Origin: a virus
Length of the DNA: 64,000 bases
Virus genome (UHGV): UHGV-1373362
Reading direction: 5' to 3' (one strand)
Part shown: in pieces, positions 1-10,284 of the stretch
Layout: each line of letters begins with the position of its first letter
How positions within the stretch are numbered: the stretch's first letter is position 1
Position numbers and translations under genes: made by a program
Notes under the pieces: generated by a model
Told to the model about the DNA's origin: nothing
The model's input: only the letters and a program-made list of their open reading frames with translations
The model's database searches: none

Positions 1-2
1 AC

Positions 3-374
3 GATGCAGAGTATACTAAGCTACTAGAACAATATGGGGATGATCCTGTTAAACTGGGTAATGCTTTAAAGGCTTTAAGAGCTAAGTCTACACAGGAAAT
101 GTTAGACTATAAAAAAAGCTTATTTGGAAACGATTGGTTCTTTGGTAGAACACCTCAGGTAGGATCTACTATTACCTTTGCTGAAAAGGGTAGTAAGCTT
201 ACATATGCAGAGAGAGCTAAACTTCAAAGTTCTAGGGATTTCAACAAGAGCCTATTGGAAAATAATAAACAGTTTCATAAGGACATAATGAAGTCCAAAG
301 AAGAAAACAATAAGATGATTCAGAATATGTCTGCTATAACAGCAGCATTAATCAAACGAGGAATGGGCCTATGA
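3..374 (+). CDS. hypothetical protein, 5'-partial (reading frame is open from the window edge into the ORF-track ORF 99..374)
   Basis: Frame 3 translated from nt 3 (DAEYTKLLEQYGDDPVKLGNALKALRAKSTQEM...) has no stop before the annotated ATG at 99. Ends ATGA-overlapping the next gene (371). Confidence 0.5.
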   Translation, partial: DAEYTKLLEQYGDDPVKLGNALKALRAKSTQEMLDYKKSLFGNDWFFGRTPQVGSTITFAEKGSKLTYAERAKLQSSRDFNKSLLENNKQFHKDIMKSKEENNKMIQNMSAITAALIKRGMGL

Positions 375-2224
375 AATTGATAGAGAAGCTACAACAAGGT
401 GGGGGAATCCCCGCCTTTGTCAGCTTTACAAATGTGCCTCAACCACAACCTGCTGCACCATATACAACTCAGCAGAACACTAAGTCTACAGAGACTAATG
501 ATGGTGGAATTGGATTACTCGACAAGAATATGGTTAAGTTCTTATATGAGAATGGCATTCCTAGTGATGTTGAGGCATTTATAGATAAATCAGGTATATT
601 CTCCAATGAAACATTTAGCAATCCATTCAGGAAGGATAGTTCATTAATACAGTATAAAACTATATTAAGAATGCTTCCCAGAATCAAGGCAGAAAGTGAG
701 CGATTTAAAAACGCCATGTCTGCTGCCGAAAAAAATGATGGTCTAAATGAAGTAGCTGTTACTGATGGGGGGTATGTAATTACTATGGATTCCCAAGGCA
801 ATATGAGTAAGAAAGCTATGGGGGATGTCGATTTAGAGAGTGAACAGATTCTAACCAATTCAGAATTGGCTAACTATAGAGCCAATAATATAGGTGCAGC
901 ATTTAATACTGATATAACTAGTATTATATCTAATGGAGTTGGAGTGTCTAAGATAACTGACTTTATTAGAAATATAACTGATAAATTGGGCACTAGTTCT
1001 AGTACTAGAGAGGGATATGTAAGTCAGCAAGCTGGAAGGGTCTTAAAAGGTTTAGAATATTTAAAATCATTGAATCCCAATGCCAATGATCTAGCTGGGA
1101 TGTCACTAGATGGGGTCTATAAAACAAGTGGGATGGACAAGAATCAAATTACCCAGGCTAATGCAGCTATAAATTACATTATGAATACCATGCCCAAAAA
1201 TATGAGAACAGTTTTGCAAGCCAAGGCTGCCTATATGTTGGGAGACAATTCTGCCCAAGGAGTAAAGAAATTGGTAAGTATGCTAACTTCTTCTGCACTA
1301 AAGGGAGAACATTCATTTACTTTGGACTATAAAGAGAGTCTAAATCCAGATGGGACCAAAAAATCAGAAAAGTCTAGTAAAGATGATAAAGTTATTGGGC
1401 CAGCAGAAGGATTTATACTAGGATATGGTGATAAACAGGTATATAGGATTAATAATGGAACATCATATGATCTAAACGTTTATGGAAACAGAGGGATAAT
1501 AACAACTGAATCTGGTAGACCACTAGGTAATGCAACATTAGCTGACGTATCAAATAAGAGCACATTTGCTGGATCTTTAGACTTGGAAAATGCCACTATG
1601 GGCAATCAGCCTATTGATTTTAGTACAGCTGATAGAATAGCTATCTATGGTTCTAAAATTGTTGGCGCAGATCTACCATTAGATTTAGAAGCTAAGGCTA
1701 AAGGTATTATTAAACCTGATTTAGACTCTCTAAGAAGAATGGAAGCTGCTGATGAGGAAATTAGAGCTAAGGGCTTAACTGCCCCAGAAGATAAAAATAG
1801 GGTCTATGCTGCACACCAATTGCCATTTAAATTTGACCAGAATGGCAACGTTAATCTGGAATATTACGCTAGATTTGGAATATTGGATGCCTATGCTGAT
1901 GAATCTGCCTTTAAGGAGGATGTTACGTTTGATGATTCACTGTCTACAGTGGGGGATGAAAATGAAAGGAGAGGTATAGAGCGTATTCTAAAGGCAGCAG
2001 ATAAGGATTATAAGATGTCTGAGGGATTATTTGGAGGCACTACCGTTTATAAAGGATCTGTGTACGTTCCAATAAATAGTAACATACTTAATAGTTCTTG
2101 GGGTGCAGGACATAATCCAACAGTACAAGGTAATGATGCTAAACTATTAGAAGCCAAAGAACAACTTCTACAAAAGGAGAGAAATTATCAAAGACCAGCT
2201 CCTTTGTCTAGCTATATAAATTAA
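371..2224 (+). CDS. hypothetical 617-aa protein, first complete gene of the RNAP-containing operon (possible virion/cargo protein)
   Basis: Long ATG-initiated ORF. ATGA overlap with the upstream gene and a 9-nt gap to the next. No recognisable motif. Confidence 0.6.
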   Translation: MKLIEKLQQGGGIPAFVSFTNVPQPQPAAPYTTQQNTKSTETNDGGIGLLDKNMVKFLYENGIPSDVEAFIDKSGIFSNETFSNPFRKDSSLIQYKTILRMLPRIKAESERFKNAMSAAEKNDGLNEVAVTDGGYVITMDSQGNMSKKAMGDVDLESEQILTNSELANYRANNIGAAFNTDITSIISNGVGVSKITDFIRNITDKLGTSSSTREGYVSQQAGRVLKGLEYLKSLNPNANDLAGMSLDGVYKTSGMDKNQITQANAAINYIMNTMPKNMRTVLQAKAAYMLGDNSAQGVKKLVSMLTSSALKGEHSFTLDYKESLNPDGTKKSEKSSKDDKVIGPAEGFILGYGDKQVYRINNGTSYDLNVYGNRGIITTESGRPLGNATLADVSNKSTFAGSLDLENATMGNQPIDFSTADRIAIYGSKIVGADLPLDLEAKAKGIIKPDLDSLRRMEAADEEIRAKGLTAPEDKNRVYAAHQLPFKFDQNGNVNLEYYARFGILDAYADESAFKEDVTFDDSLSTVGDENERRGIERILKAADKDYKMSEGLFGGTTVYKGSVYVPINSNILNSSWGAGHNPTVQGNDAKLLEAKEQLLQKERNYQRPAPLSSYIN

Positions 2225-2233
2225 ATATAATAT

Positions 2234-5200
2234 ATGAAGAACAATACCAAGGAGAACGACTTGTTCCTAAATATTGCAGCTAATCCTACATTCTCAATTA
2301 CAAATTTTAGAGATGTAGGGTTAAATGCAAGCAATACGTCACTTGCAGATGAAAATACTTACAAAAATATTCCTCAAATACAGGAGAATCCATTATTTCA
2401 AACAGATGGTAAGTTCGATGAGGCTAAGTTCAGTGATGCCTATCAAGCAGCTGCTATTGCTTATAATCATCTAGCTGATGAGACGTATCAGGAAGATATA
2501 ATTAAACAAGCTACTTTTCATAGGGATGATATATTTGCTGAACCAGAGCAAAGACGTCAAGGGCCAGAAGTGTCCCTTACTAGAACACCTAACCCTCTAA
2601 GACAAAAGAAAGGAATTAGAAGGATAAATCTCCTTGATGAGCCTACTCAATCTATTGATGAGATTGCACAAACTCAAAAGGTATGGGATGGTGCCACTCA
2701 AACATGGCATGATTCACCTAATGATTCATTTTGGACAGACTTTTGGGATACCAGAGTTATGGCCCAGTGGGATTTTGATGCAGATGAACAAGGAAGGCCT
2801 ACTACTGATAAGGATAAGATAGTTTATAGAAAGGGAGACTTAAAGCTAAATGAGAATGGTACATACTACTATGAAAACCTTAACGGAAGGGAAGTGTATG
2901 GTAGAAGAGTATTATCCAAGTTAAATACCTTGACCACTGATGGTTCAGCATGGAATAAATACGATTTTTTTGATTCTGATGATCTAGAAAAAAGTGTTGG
3001 GGGCACTTTCATGAAGAATGTTGCCATGATTGCTCCTATGTTTATTCCATATGTTGGTGCTTGGTATGTTGGTGCAGGTATTGCTACCGAAGTGGCTAAG
3101 GTAGGATCAGTCCTTGGTAAAATGTTCTTAGGTAGTGATAATCAATTTTTATCAGCAGTAGAGGGATTTACTCAATCATTAGAACCAACCTCTTCCCAGT
3201 ATACACAAGACCATGCTTGGAGTATAGAGAACTTACTAAACCTTACAGGGGATGTATTTAAACAATTGTATGAACAAAGGTGGTTATTCAAGTATGCTCC
3301 AGCTATACTGAAAGGTAATTTAGGAATGTCTGAGGATTTACAAAAAGCTAAACAAGCTGAATGGGTTTCAGAATATATGAAAACTAAAATTCTCGATATA
3401 AATAAAATACCATCTATAAAACCTGATGATGTAGCTAGAGCTACTAAGGAACTACAAGCTGTTAGTACTCTTAGGGCCCAAACTAGGCTAGAAGATTACA
3501 TGAAGGAGTACAATAAAGTAGGGGAGCTAATCTCTAAGGCATATATGACTGGTATAACAGTTCAAAGTGCTTATGGGGAAGCTAAACAACAAGGTGCTTC
3601 TGATATGGAAGCTGCATTACTTACTTTAGGATATGCTGCCGGTGAGTATGCCATTATAAATAGTAATTTAGGAAAGTGGATACTTCCTGAGTTGAGAATG
3701 GAGAAGGAGCAATGGAAACAAATTGCTAAAACCTTAACCCAAGCTGGTCAAAAACCTCTGCAAAACAGCCCAAAAGAACAGAAAGTTCAATTTATGAAAA
3801 AATTGTTCCAGATGGGTAAGGACATTGCACAGGCTAATTATTCAGTTGGAAAAACCACACTGAAAGCTACAGGTGCTAATGCTATTGGTGAGGGTGTGGA
3901 AGAGGTTTCAGAAGAGTTATTATATGACCTTGCTAAATCTGTATCTAACTTAGGGAGCTGGCTATCTGGAAGTGATACTAGGCTAACAGCTTGGGATGAT
4001 ATGACTAACCGATATGGTCTATCCTTCGTAGGGGGTGTGATTGGTGGAGGTGTGTTTGATATAGCATCGGATGTTAAGAGTGCCCGTAACATGAAGGATC
4101 TAAAATATAATGATGCTTATCAACAATTAGTATACATGGCACGTAATGGTAAGATGAATGATTTCTTAAATACAGTCAACAAGATGTCTTTAGGAAATAA
4201 GTATTTATCTGCCACTAAGCAAATTACTACAGCCGATGGGGAAGTTATATGGCAACAAGGTACTGAGACTGATAATCAGGATCTCGCAGCTAAAACTATG
4301 CTTAACCAACAAGCTAAAATGATTAATGATATTTTAGCAGCAAACTCAGCCAATATTAGTGATGATAGTTTTTTAGAGATACAAACTCTAAAAGATCTAA
4401 GGTTTTCCCAATTATCTAATAGTTCAGTTGCAGGTAGGTACTTGCAGGACTACAACAGTATATGTACTGATATTATTGATCTTACTAATCAGCTAAATAA
4501 TCTGAATAGTACTGCATCAAAGATGGAAAAGGGAGTTACAGATCAGAATGAGAGGGATAATGGAGAGGATTTATCTACTCAAACTGAGAGGAGCAACCTT
4601 CAGGCTAAACTTAAAGAGGCTATAGAAAAGAAGGATTCTTACATTAATGGTGATAGAGCACCAGAATATGTAAAGGAGTCTATATTTGAAATGTCTCCAG
4701 CTTTAAACTCTCCGTTTGTATCTTCCACATTAATTAGATATATAGAGTCTCAAAGTGGTAAGAGGGTTGATGAGTGTAGTAAAGCAGAAATAGCTAAATA
4801 TAAATTAGAGTATGAGAGTCTAAACAAAACTGATAGAAGGGATAGGATACACCAGGCATTCATGATATTTAATACAATGAATGAGCAAACTTCTCCCATG
4901 TTTGCAGATCATAGTATGAGATACTATGAATCAACAGACGATGTACTTAATGAGCATATAAACATTCTACATAAGTCTATAAACGAGACACTAGAAAGAC
5001 TTGGATCTATATCTGACTCTGAAAAATTTCAGGATGCAGCTGGTAATTATTTAAGGGAGAAATCGTCCTCTATAACCTTAACATTGGTCAAAACCTTAGG
5101 TGACCAGTCTGATGTTGATTCTTGGGATCGACTTATAAGTGAACCCATAGATGAGGATTATAGTGAAGCTGATAGGAATAGAGATGCTTCTAAATTCCTA

Positions 5201-8200
5201 AGTAATTTCATATATACTAAAATAAATGACATTGTTTCCCCTATAATTTCTAGGGGCTATGTTAATCCAGAAGTAAGACAGACTCTTCTAGATACAATAC
5301 AAGCTGCTGAGAATTACTTCTATATGGCAGAAAACGAAGCTTCATCCTCTGGTGCTGATACTGCAACATATGAGCTTGCTATAGATGCTCTTACTAAAGC
5401 ATCGAGCCAATTAAAGAAGTTGCCACACTCTCCAATTACAGAGGTGTTGGATAGTTTCGCATTAAGTATTACTGACAATGGTATAAAGTTTTCTAAACTA
5501 CTGCAAGATTTAGATGAACAACTTCTCAATGCACAAGAGGATCTATCCACATTTGATATAGATAATCAGGTTGGGGCACAGATTGATGAAGCTTTACATA
5601 TCTTACAAGCAGCTAAAAGTATTGTTCTAGCAACTAGAACTGACTCTACAACAATAGACAATTTATTTGGATACAATTCTACTGTAAATAGTCTAAAGCC
5701 GGAAGTACAAGTAGCTGAGATACAAGCCCCTATAGCTGATTCTATGATACAAGATCTGGAAATCTTGGAGAACAAGCTAAAATTCTTCCAAAGGCTTACA
5801 GATGCTAACAACGAGCAAAAGTTAAATGAGCAGTCTAAGACAGCAACTAATAAAGATTATATTACATATAGAAAATTAGTGCAGCTTGCAGATGCAATCC
5901 CAAGTAATTGGAAGGGTTCAGCAGAGTTTAAACTAGCTATAGATAGTCTTACTAATATAAAAGAGTTATCTAACATCAATAAACTTAATCTCACTAATGA
6001 TGAAAAGATATTAGTTGAGAAGGATAGAATTGCTGCTGAAGATGCTATATATACCTTGTTCGAAGCTAATCCTGATAAAGTATCCGACCCAGTAGAATTA
6101 TCTAAGTTTATCAATACTAAGAATTTTAACATTTACAACAACAATGAAGATGTTCTAGATTCCTCGTCTAAAAACATAGATGATAATTCATTTGTATGGT
6201 ATTTGGCTTCTAGGGCAGCTATTAGATCTACAGATTTCTATAATGAGTTTAAACAAATTATTAGGGATAATATTGCCCCACTTCCAACACAGGAGTTAGC
6301 TGTATACCTAGGATATGCATCTATTGCAAATGGCTCAATTATTGATTCTTTTGTAGATGCTATTAATGAATCTATAAAGAATGACTGGAAGACTTTATCC
6401 GATTCGGAGAAGAATGAAATAAATAAGAGAGTAAAACCAGCTATATATTGGGATTATCCATTGGATTCTTCTGTAGCTCCTAGATTTTCTAGGGTTACAT
6501 TTGTAGAAGGCATTCCTGGAAGTGGTAAGACTAGTGCAGTATTTGATACTATAGTTACTTTACTAAGAAAATTTCATCCAAGCATCTTAAACAATACATG
6601 GGTTGGCCATGCTACTACTAAAAGTGCTGAAGGGTTAGCTAATAGCCTAAACCTAGAGGGGGCTTCTAAGTTAGACAAGAAAGGTCTTATGAAGAAGATT
6701 TCTCCTAATTGGCATGAATCATTAGATGCTAACGGTAATGTAGATATTAATGATGATATGTATATTATGGATGATGAGGGGATATTAAGGTCAGCATTTG
6801 GAATAAATGAGGTTGATTCATCTTCTCTCCCATCTATTATATTTATAGATGAAGTTTCAAGGTATACTACATTTGATCTTGACTTAATTGAGAGGTTTGC
6901 TAAAAAATACGGCGTTCCAGTTATAGTGGCTGGGGACTTCGATCAAACTAGAGCCATAGGAGTACATAAGATACCTATAAACGGAAAAGAGGTTACTAAC
7001 TATGTACAGCTGTTTAGAAATAACTTCGTAAGAACTCCTAAGTTGGGGGTATCCATGAGAGCTAACAACTCTCAAAAAGTATTCAACATGAAGCTTATAA
7101 GATCTAGTCTGAGTGACTTGAGAAACAATAATTTCTCTGACGTTCTGACATTGCATTACTTCCAAGATGGGACTGGTTTATATGGTGATAAGGTATATGA
7201 TTCATACAACTATGACCAGAGCTTAGTCTCCAAAGATATAGATCTTATGATTAGTACCTTAAAAGAAGGTCAGAAAATCGGATTTATATACACTGATGTA
7301 AACACAGACATCTATAAACTACTTAGCACTGCAACATATAAGGATTATATAGACTGGCATGAGGGTACTTCTGCACAAGGGTTAGAGAATCAATATTATA
7401 TTATTGATGATTCTGATGCACAACCTGAACAGTACTGGAGTGATTTATATACTGGAATTAGTAGAGCTATGCAGGGTAGCATTATCATGCATACTAAGGA
7501 TTATAATGCTATGACTACATATTTTGAATCAGTCGCTGATACTATGACTAACGTAAGCCAGTTACCAGAAAAAAGTATTAAGGATTTCTCCCAGACTAGG
7601 AAAAAGCTATTAGAACAAGTAGTACCATCTGGAAATCCTATTAAAATTGTTCCCAGGAAAAAGGATAGTGCTATAGTAGCTATACCTCCAGTTAATCCAG
7701 AAGGAGGTCTAGAATCTACAGTGGTTGAAACCATAGATGATTCTGGAAATCCAACTACTGAAATTGTAACTAATGATGGACTTCCATCAGAGGAGGATTT
7801 GAAGAAAAAGACACTAGCCTCTAGTGAAGACCCAGAACATCCTGCAAAGGAAGTAATAGATTCCGATCCAGACTTAACTAAACCACTAGACCAATTGAAT
7901 ATGATTCTTCATACATTCAATACATTTGAATCTGGATGGGTTAAGGATCAGAATGGTGTCTTACGTCCTGGAGAGGATGCTGATTCGAGAATAGACAGCT
8001 TTAATGGTCTAAGCAAATTGAGTAGCCTTCCAAGCAGTATGCACAATGTAAACAGTTACACTGACTTAATTGGCCAACTAAGAAGCACTGTATTTAATAA
8101 TAAAGATAAGGCCGAGTTGGTCTCTAAGGTTAAATCAATTCTTAACTTAAACTCACAAGTTTATGCTACGTTTGCATTTAAGAGTTCTGCTGGAGTAACT

Positions 8201-10279
8201 ACCAATCAAAATTACGGAAAGTTCGGCAAGAATCCTTCAGAAGAGATTGATTTTGTATATGCACATGATCTTAGAACAAAAGAGGCTAGGAGAAAGGCCC
8301 TAGTATTAATAGTTGGGGAGTCAATAAATGGTAAAAATAACGATTTGTTAGAAATTCCATTAGCTACATTAACTTCTCCTTTGACCATGTTAAATCTTAA
8401 GGTCTTTTCAGGCATAAAAGACATATACAATGATATTAATATATCACACTCCGATAAAAGTACTCATTTTAGGCTTGGAGAGTTAAGAAAGAGGCTTTCA
8501 GGAAGTAATGCATACGGTAAGGATGTTTTTATCAAATTGTTAGACCTGTGGAATTTTACTCAAAATGGGATATTCTTTATCAATGATCCCACTTGGACAT
8601 TGGCTCAGAATTTCAAGTCTTCTGGTCCTACTATGGTAAATAAAATTAAAGGCTACGACTACGAGGTAGAAGGATTTGCGTATGATGCTGACTGGATTAG
8701 TTTAGAGGAGATGGGTGAGAACCCAGGAAGAAACATATCCAGTATCATGGTATCTCCACGTGGTACATATACTTATGGAGATTCCAAAGTTGTACAAGCA
8801 GCTGAACCTGGCCAACCATTTGTATTAATTACCGATGACATTTCACTTAGCGGTGATAGGCTAAGGGATTATTATTTAAACCAATTGGTTGATCCTAATT
8901 TGGAAAAGAAAGTGAAGTTGGTATATGTTATTCCTCCTAAAGCATCTTTCAAGTCTTATTTTGACAACCTGAAGGCTATCATTACCAAAGATGGAACTCC
9001 CAAGAATATAGGTAATAACCTTACCGCATTTAGGATGTTAGATATCCTAATGAGGCAACCAGGCTTTAAGACTTCTGAGTTAAATTATATAGACTCCGCA
9101 TATGATGGTATATTAGAAGTAGTAAACAAACTAGCAGGAATGAATACCATAAAGGACAGGCTAGCTTACTTAAAAACTTCTGTTAATATACAGGGCTTAA
9201 ACTCTAATATTAGTGTACAACAGGCCTTACAAAATTATCTACTTAGAATGGTATATCCTGGTAAGGCTGGAGGAGGTGTAGTATTTAAGCCAGAACTTCT
9301 AGCTAAGATAGAGGACATCATGAAGGCAAATAGAATTGATGGTATATTCTACGATGTTAAGTATGATAGAAACTCTAAAGGTGTAACTATGGTTGATGCT
9401 CAGGTTACTTCAAAATACACTATCGATGGTATTCCGTTCATGATAAACGGTAAGGTAGACTCTACTTCATTTTTTGGAAATGTATTACCTATGGTAGAAT
9501 CCACCCTTAATAAAATAAAGAAAAGTGGGAACTCTATTTCGTCTATAGATAATGCTAAGTATTTAGCTGGGGATTCCAATATCAATATTCCAACTAAGAG
9601 TCCTATCCAACAATTTATTGAGAACTTTGGTATAGAGATGGATGCTTCTGTACGTAAAGAAATAGAGGATAGATTCAAGGGAAGTGCTGGATACACCACA
9701 GATGAAATTTGGCAGTATTTAAAAGATACTGGGCATTTATCCTTAAAAATTGGAGGGAGAACATATATAAGTCAAAAAACATCCCAGTTTGAAGGGCTAT
9801 CTCCTACTGGAATTAATATGGTTCCAAAGACTAACAATATATATTCAGTTGACATGTCTATAGGAGAGGATTCCTACACAGGTGAGTTCAACTTAGCAGA
9901 TAGGGTATTGTTATTGGTTAAAGTTACTAATGAACCTACTACCCAAACACCTGCTGCTGAAGGAGTATTTGCAATAGAAACTAGGGATGAGTTGAGTACA
10001 TTCATACAGTCTCTCAAACCTATTACATTTGCCAATGCAAATTACAACAATTTAAAGAATGCAACAACAGTTGAGGAATTTAATACTAAAGTAAATGCGC
10101 TTCCTATTACACCAAAACTACTTAGTAAAATAGTAGACAAAGTTAATGACTTTGGGGATGGGCCTAATAAGGAAGCATTACAGAACTTAATAGATTTCTT
10201 AACAACTAAACTAAATATGAAGAAGTTCGTTCAGCAAACTGAACAATCTTGTCCAATAACAATTAAAGTTAAATTCTAA
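2234..10279 (+). CDS. giant 2681-aa protein with an embedded complete SF1 (RecD/Pif1/Dda-like) helicase core
   Basis: Uninterrupted 8-kb ORF. Internal motifs read directly from the translation: GIPGSGKTS (Walker A / motif I), IIFIDEVS (motif II), VIVAGDFDQ (motif III, GDxxQ), WHEGTSAQGLE (motif V-like), YTGISRAMQGSII (motif VI-like). Confidence 0.8.
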   Translation: MKNNTKENDLFLNIAANPTFSITNFRDVGLNASNTSLADENTYKNIPQIQENPLFQTDGKFDEAKFSDAYQAAAIAYNHLADETYQEDIIKQATFHRDDIFAEPEQRRQGPEVSLTRTPNPLRQKKGIRRINLLDEPTQSIDEIAQTQKVWDGATQTWHDSPNDSFWTDFWDTRVMAQWDFDADEQGRPTTDKDKIVYRKGDLKLNENGTYYYENLNGREVYGRRVLSKLNTLTTDGSAWNKYDFFDSDDLEKSVGGTFMKNVAMIAPMFIPYVGAWYVGAGIATEVAKVGSVLGKMFLGSDNQFLSAVEGFTQSLEPTSSQYTQDHAWSIENLLNLTGDVFKQLYEQRWLFKYAPAILKGNLGMSEDLQKAKQAEWVSEYMKTKILDINKIPSIKPDDVARATKELQAVSTLRAQTRLEDYMKEYNKVGELISKAYMTGITVQSAYGEAKQQGASDMEAALLTLGYAAGEYAIINSNLGKWILPELRMEKEQWKQIAKTLTQAGQKPLQNSPKEQKVQFMKKLFQMGKDIAQANYSVGKTTLKATGANAIGEGVEEVSEELLYDLAKSVSNLGSWLSGSDTRLTAWDDMTNRYGLSFVGGVIGGGVFDIASDVKSARNMKDLKYNDAYQQLVYMARNGKMNDFLNTVNKMSLGNKYLSATKQITTADGEVIWQQGTETDNQDLAAKTMLNQQAKMINDILAANSANISDDSFLEIQTLKDLRFSQLSNSSVAGRYLQDYNSICTDIIDLTNQLNNLNSTASKMEKGVTDQNERDNGEDLSTQTERSNLQAKLKEAIEKKDSYINGDRAPEYVKESIFEMSPALNSPFVSSTLIRYIESQSGKRVDECSKAEIAKYKLEYESLNKTDRRDRIHQAFMIFNTMNEQTSPMFADHSMRYYESTDDVLNEHINILHKSINETLERLGSISDSEKFQDAAGNYLREKSSSITLTLVKTLGDQSDVDSWDRLISEPIDEDYSEADRNRDASKFLSNFIYTKINDIVSPIISRGYVNPEVRQTLLDTIQAAENYFYMAENEASSSGADTATYELAIDALTKASSQLKKLPHSPITEVLDSFALSITDNGIKFSKLLQDLDEQLLNAQEDLSTFDIDNQVGAQIDEALHILQAAKSIVLATRTDSTTIDNLFGYNSTVNSLKPEVQVAEIQAPIADSMIQDLEILENKLKFFQRLTDANNEQKLNEQSKTATNKDYITYRKLVQLADAIPSNWKGSAEFKLAIDSLTNIKELSNINKLNLTNDEKILVEKDRIAAEDAIYTLFEANPDKVSDPVELSKFINTKNFNIYNNNEDVLDSSSKNIDDNSFVWYLASRAAIRSTDFYNEFKQIIRDNIAPLPTQELAVYLGYASIANGSIIDSFVDAINESIKNDWKTLSDSEKNEINKRVKPAIYWDYPLDSSVAPRFSRVTFVEGIPGSGKTSAVFDTIVTLLRKFHPSILNNTWVGHATTKSAEGLANSLNLEGASKLDKKGLMKKISPNWHESLDANGNVDINDDMYIMDDEGILRSAFGINEVDSSSLPSIIFIDEVSRYTTFDLDLIERFAKKYGVPVIVAGDFDQTRAIGVHKIPINGKEVTNYVQLFRNNFVRTPKLGVSMRANNSQKVFNMKLIRSSLSDLRNNNFSDVLTLHYFQDGTGLYGDKVYDSYNYDQSLVSKDIDLMISTLKEGQKIGFIYTDVNTDIYKLLSTATYKDYIDWHEGTSAQGLENQYYIIDDSDAQPEQYWSDLYTGISRAMQGSIIMHTKDYNAMTTYFESVADTMTNVSQLPEKSIKDFSQTRKKLLEQVVPSGNPIKIVPRKKDSAIVAIPPVNPEGGLESTVVETIDDSGNPTTEIVTNDGLPSEEDLKKKTLASSEDPEHPAKEVIDSDPDLTKPLDQLNMILHTFNTFESGWVKDQNGVLRPGEDADSRIDSFNGLSKLSSLPSSMHNVNSYTDLIGQLRSTVFNNKDKAELVSKVKSILNLNSQVYATFAFKSSAGVTTNQNYGKFGKNPSEEIDFVYAHDLRTKEARRKALVLIVGESINGKNNDLLEIPLATLTSPLTMLNLKVFSGIKDIYNDINISHSDKSTHFRLGELRKRLSGSNAYGKDVFIKLLDLWNFTQNGIFFINDPTWTLAQNFKSSGPTMVNKIKGYDYEVEGFAYDADWISLEEMGENPGRNISSIMVSPRGTYTYGDSKVVQAAEPGQPFVLITDDISLSGDRLRDYYLNQLVDPNLEKKVKLVYVIPPKASFKSYFDNLKAIITKDGTPKNIGNNLTAFRMLDILMRQPGFKTSELNYIDSAYDGILEVVNKLAGMNTIKDRLAYLKTSVNIQGLNSNISVQQALQNYLLRMVYPGKAGGGVVFKPELLAKIEDIMKANRIDGIFYDVKYDRNSKGVTMVDAQVTSKYTIDGIPFMINGKVDSTSFFGNVLPMVESTLNKIKKSGNSISSIDNAKYLAGDSNINIPTKSPIQQFIENFGIEMDASVRKEIEDRFKGSAGYTTDEIWQYLKDTGHLSLKIGGRTYISQKTSQFEGLSPTGINMVPKTNNIYSVDMSIGEDSYTGEFNLADRVLLLVKVTNEPTTQTPAAEGVFAIETRDELSTFIQSLKPITFANANYNNLKNATTVEEFNTKVNALPITPKLLSKIVDKVNDFGDGPNKEALQNLIDFLTTKLNMKKFVQQTEQSCPITIKVKF
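6500..7500 (+). other. SF1 helicase-like P-loop NTPase core (motifs I, II, III, V, VI) inside the 2681-aa ORF, roughly aa 1425-1755
   Basis: Walker A at about 6508-6537, DE-box at about 6838-6861, GDFDQ at about 6931-6950, YTGISRAMQ at about 7443-7480. Spacing between motifs is typical of SF1 helicases. Confidence 0.65.
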
Positions 10280-10284
10280 TTAAA

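Noticed and set aside
469-858. Dozens of 60-130-aa ORFs from the track lying antisense or out-of-frame inside the giant genes (e.g. 469..858 -, 3838..4092 -, 11064..11342 -, 13101..13442 -, 19891..20244 -, 25119..25436 -, 28999..29343 +, 45264..45632 +, 50021..50329 +, 54037..54393 +, 63246..63515 +)
   Set aside because: All are fully embedded in much longer ORFs on the opposite strand or in another frame. Their translations are low-complexity (Ser/Leu/Ile-rich). None has its own intergenic space or signals. These are treated as spurious.
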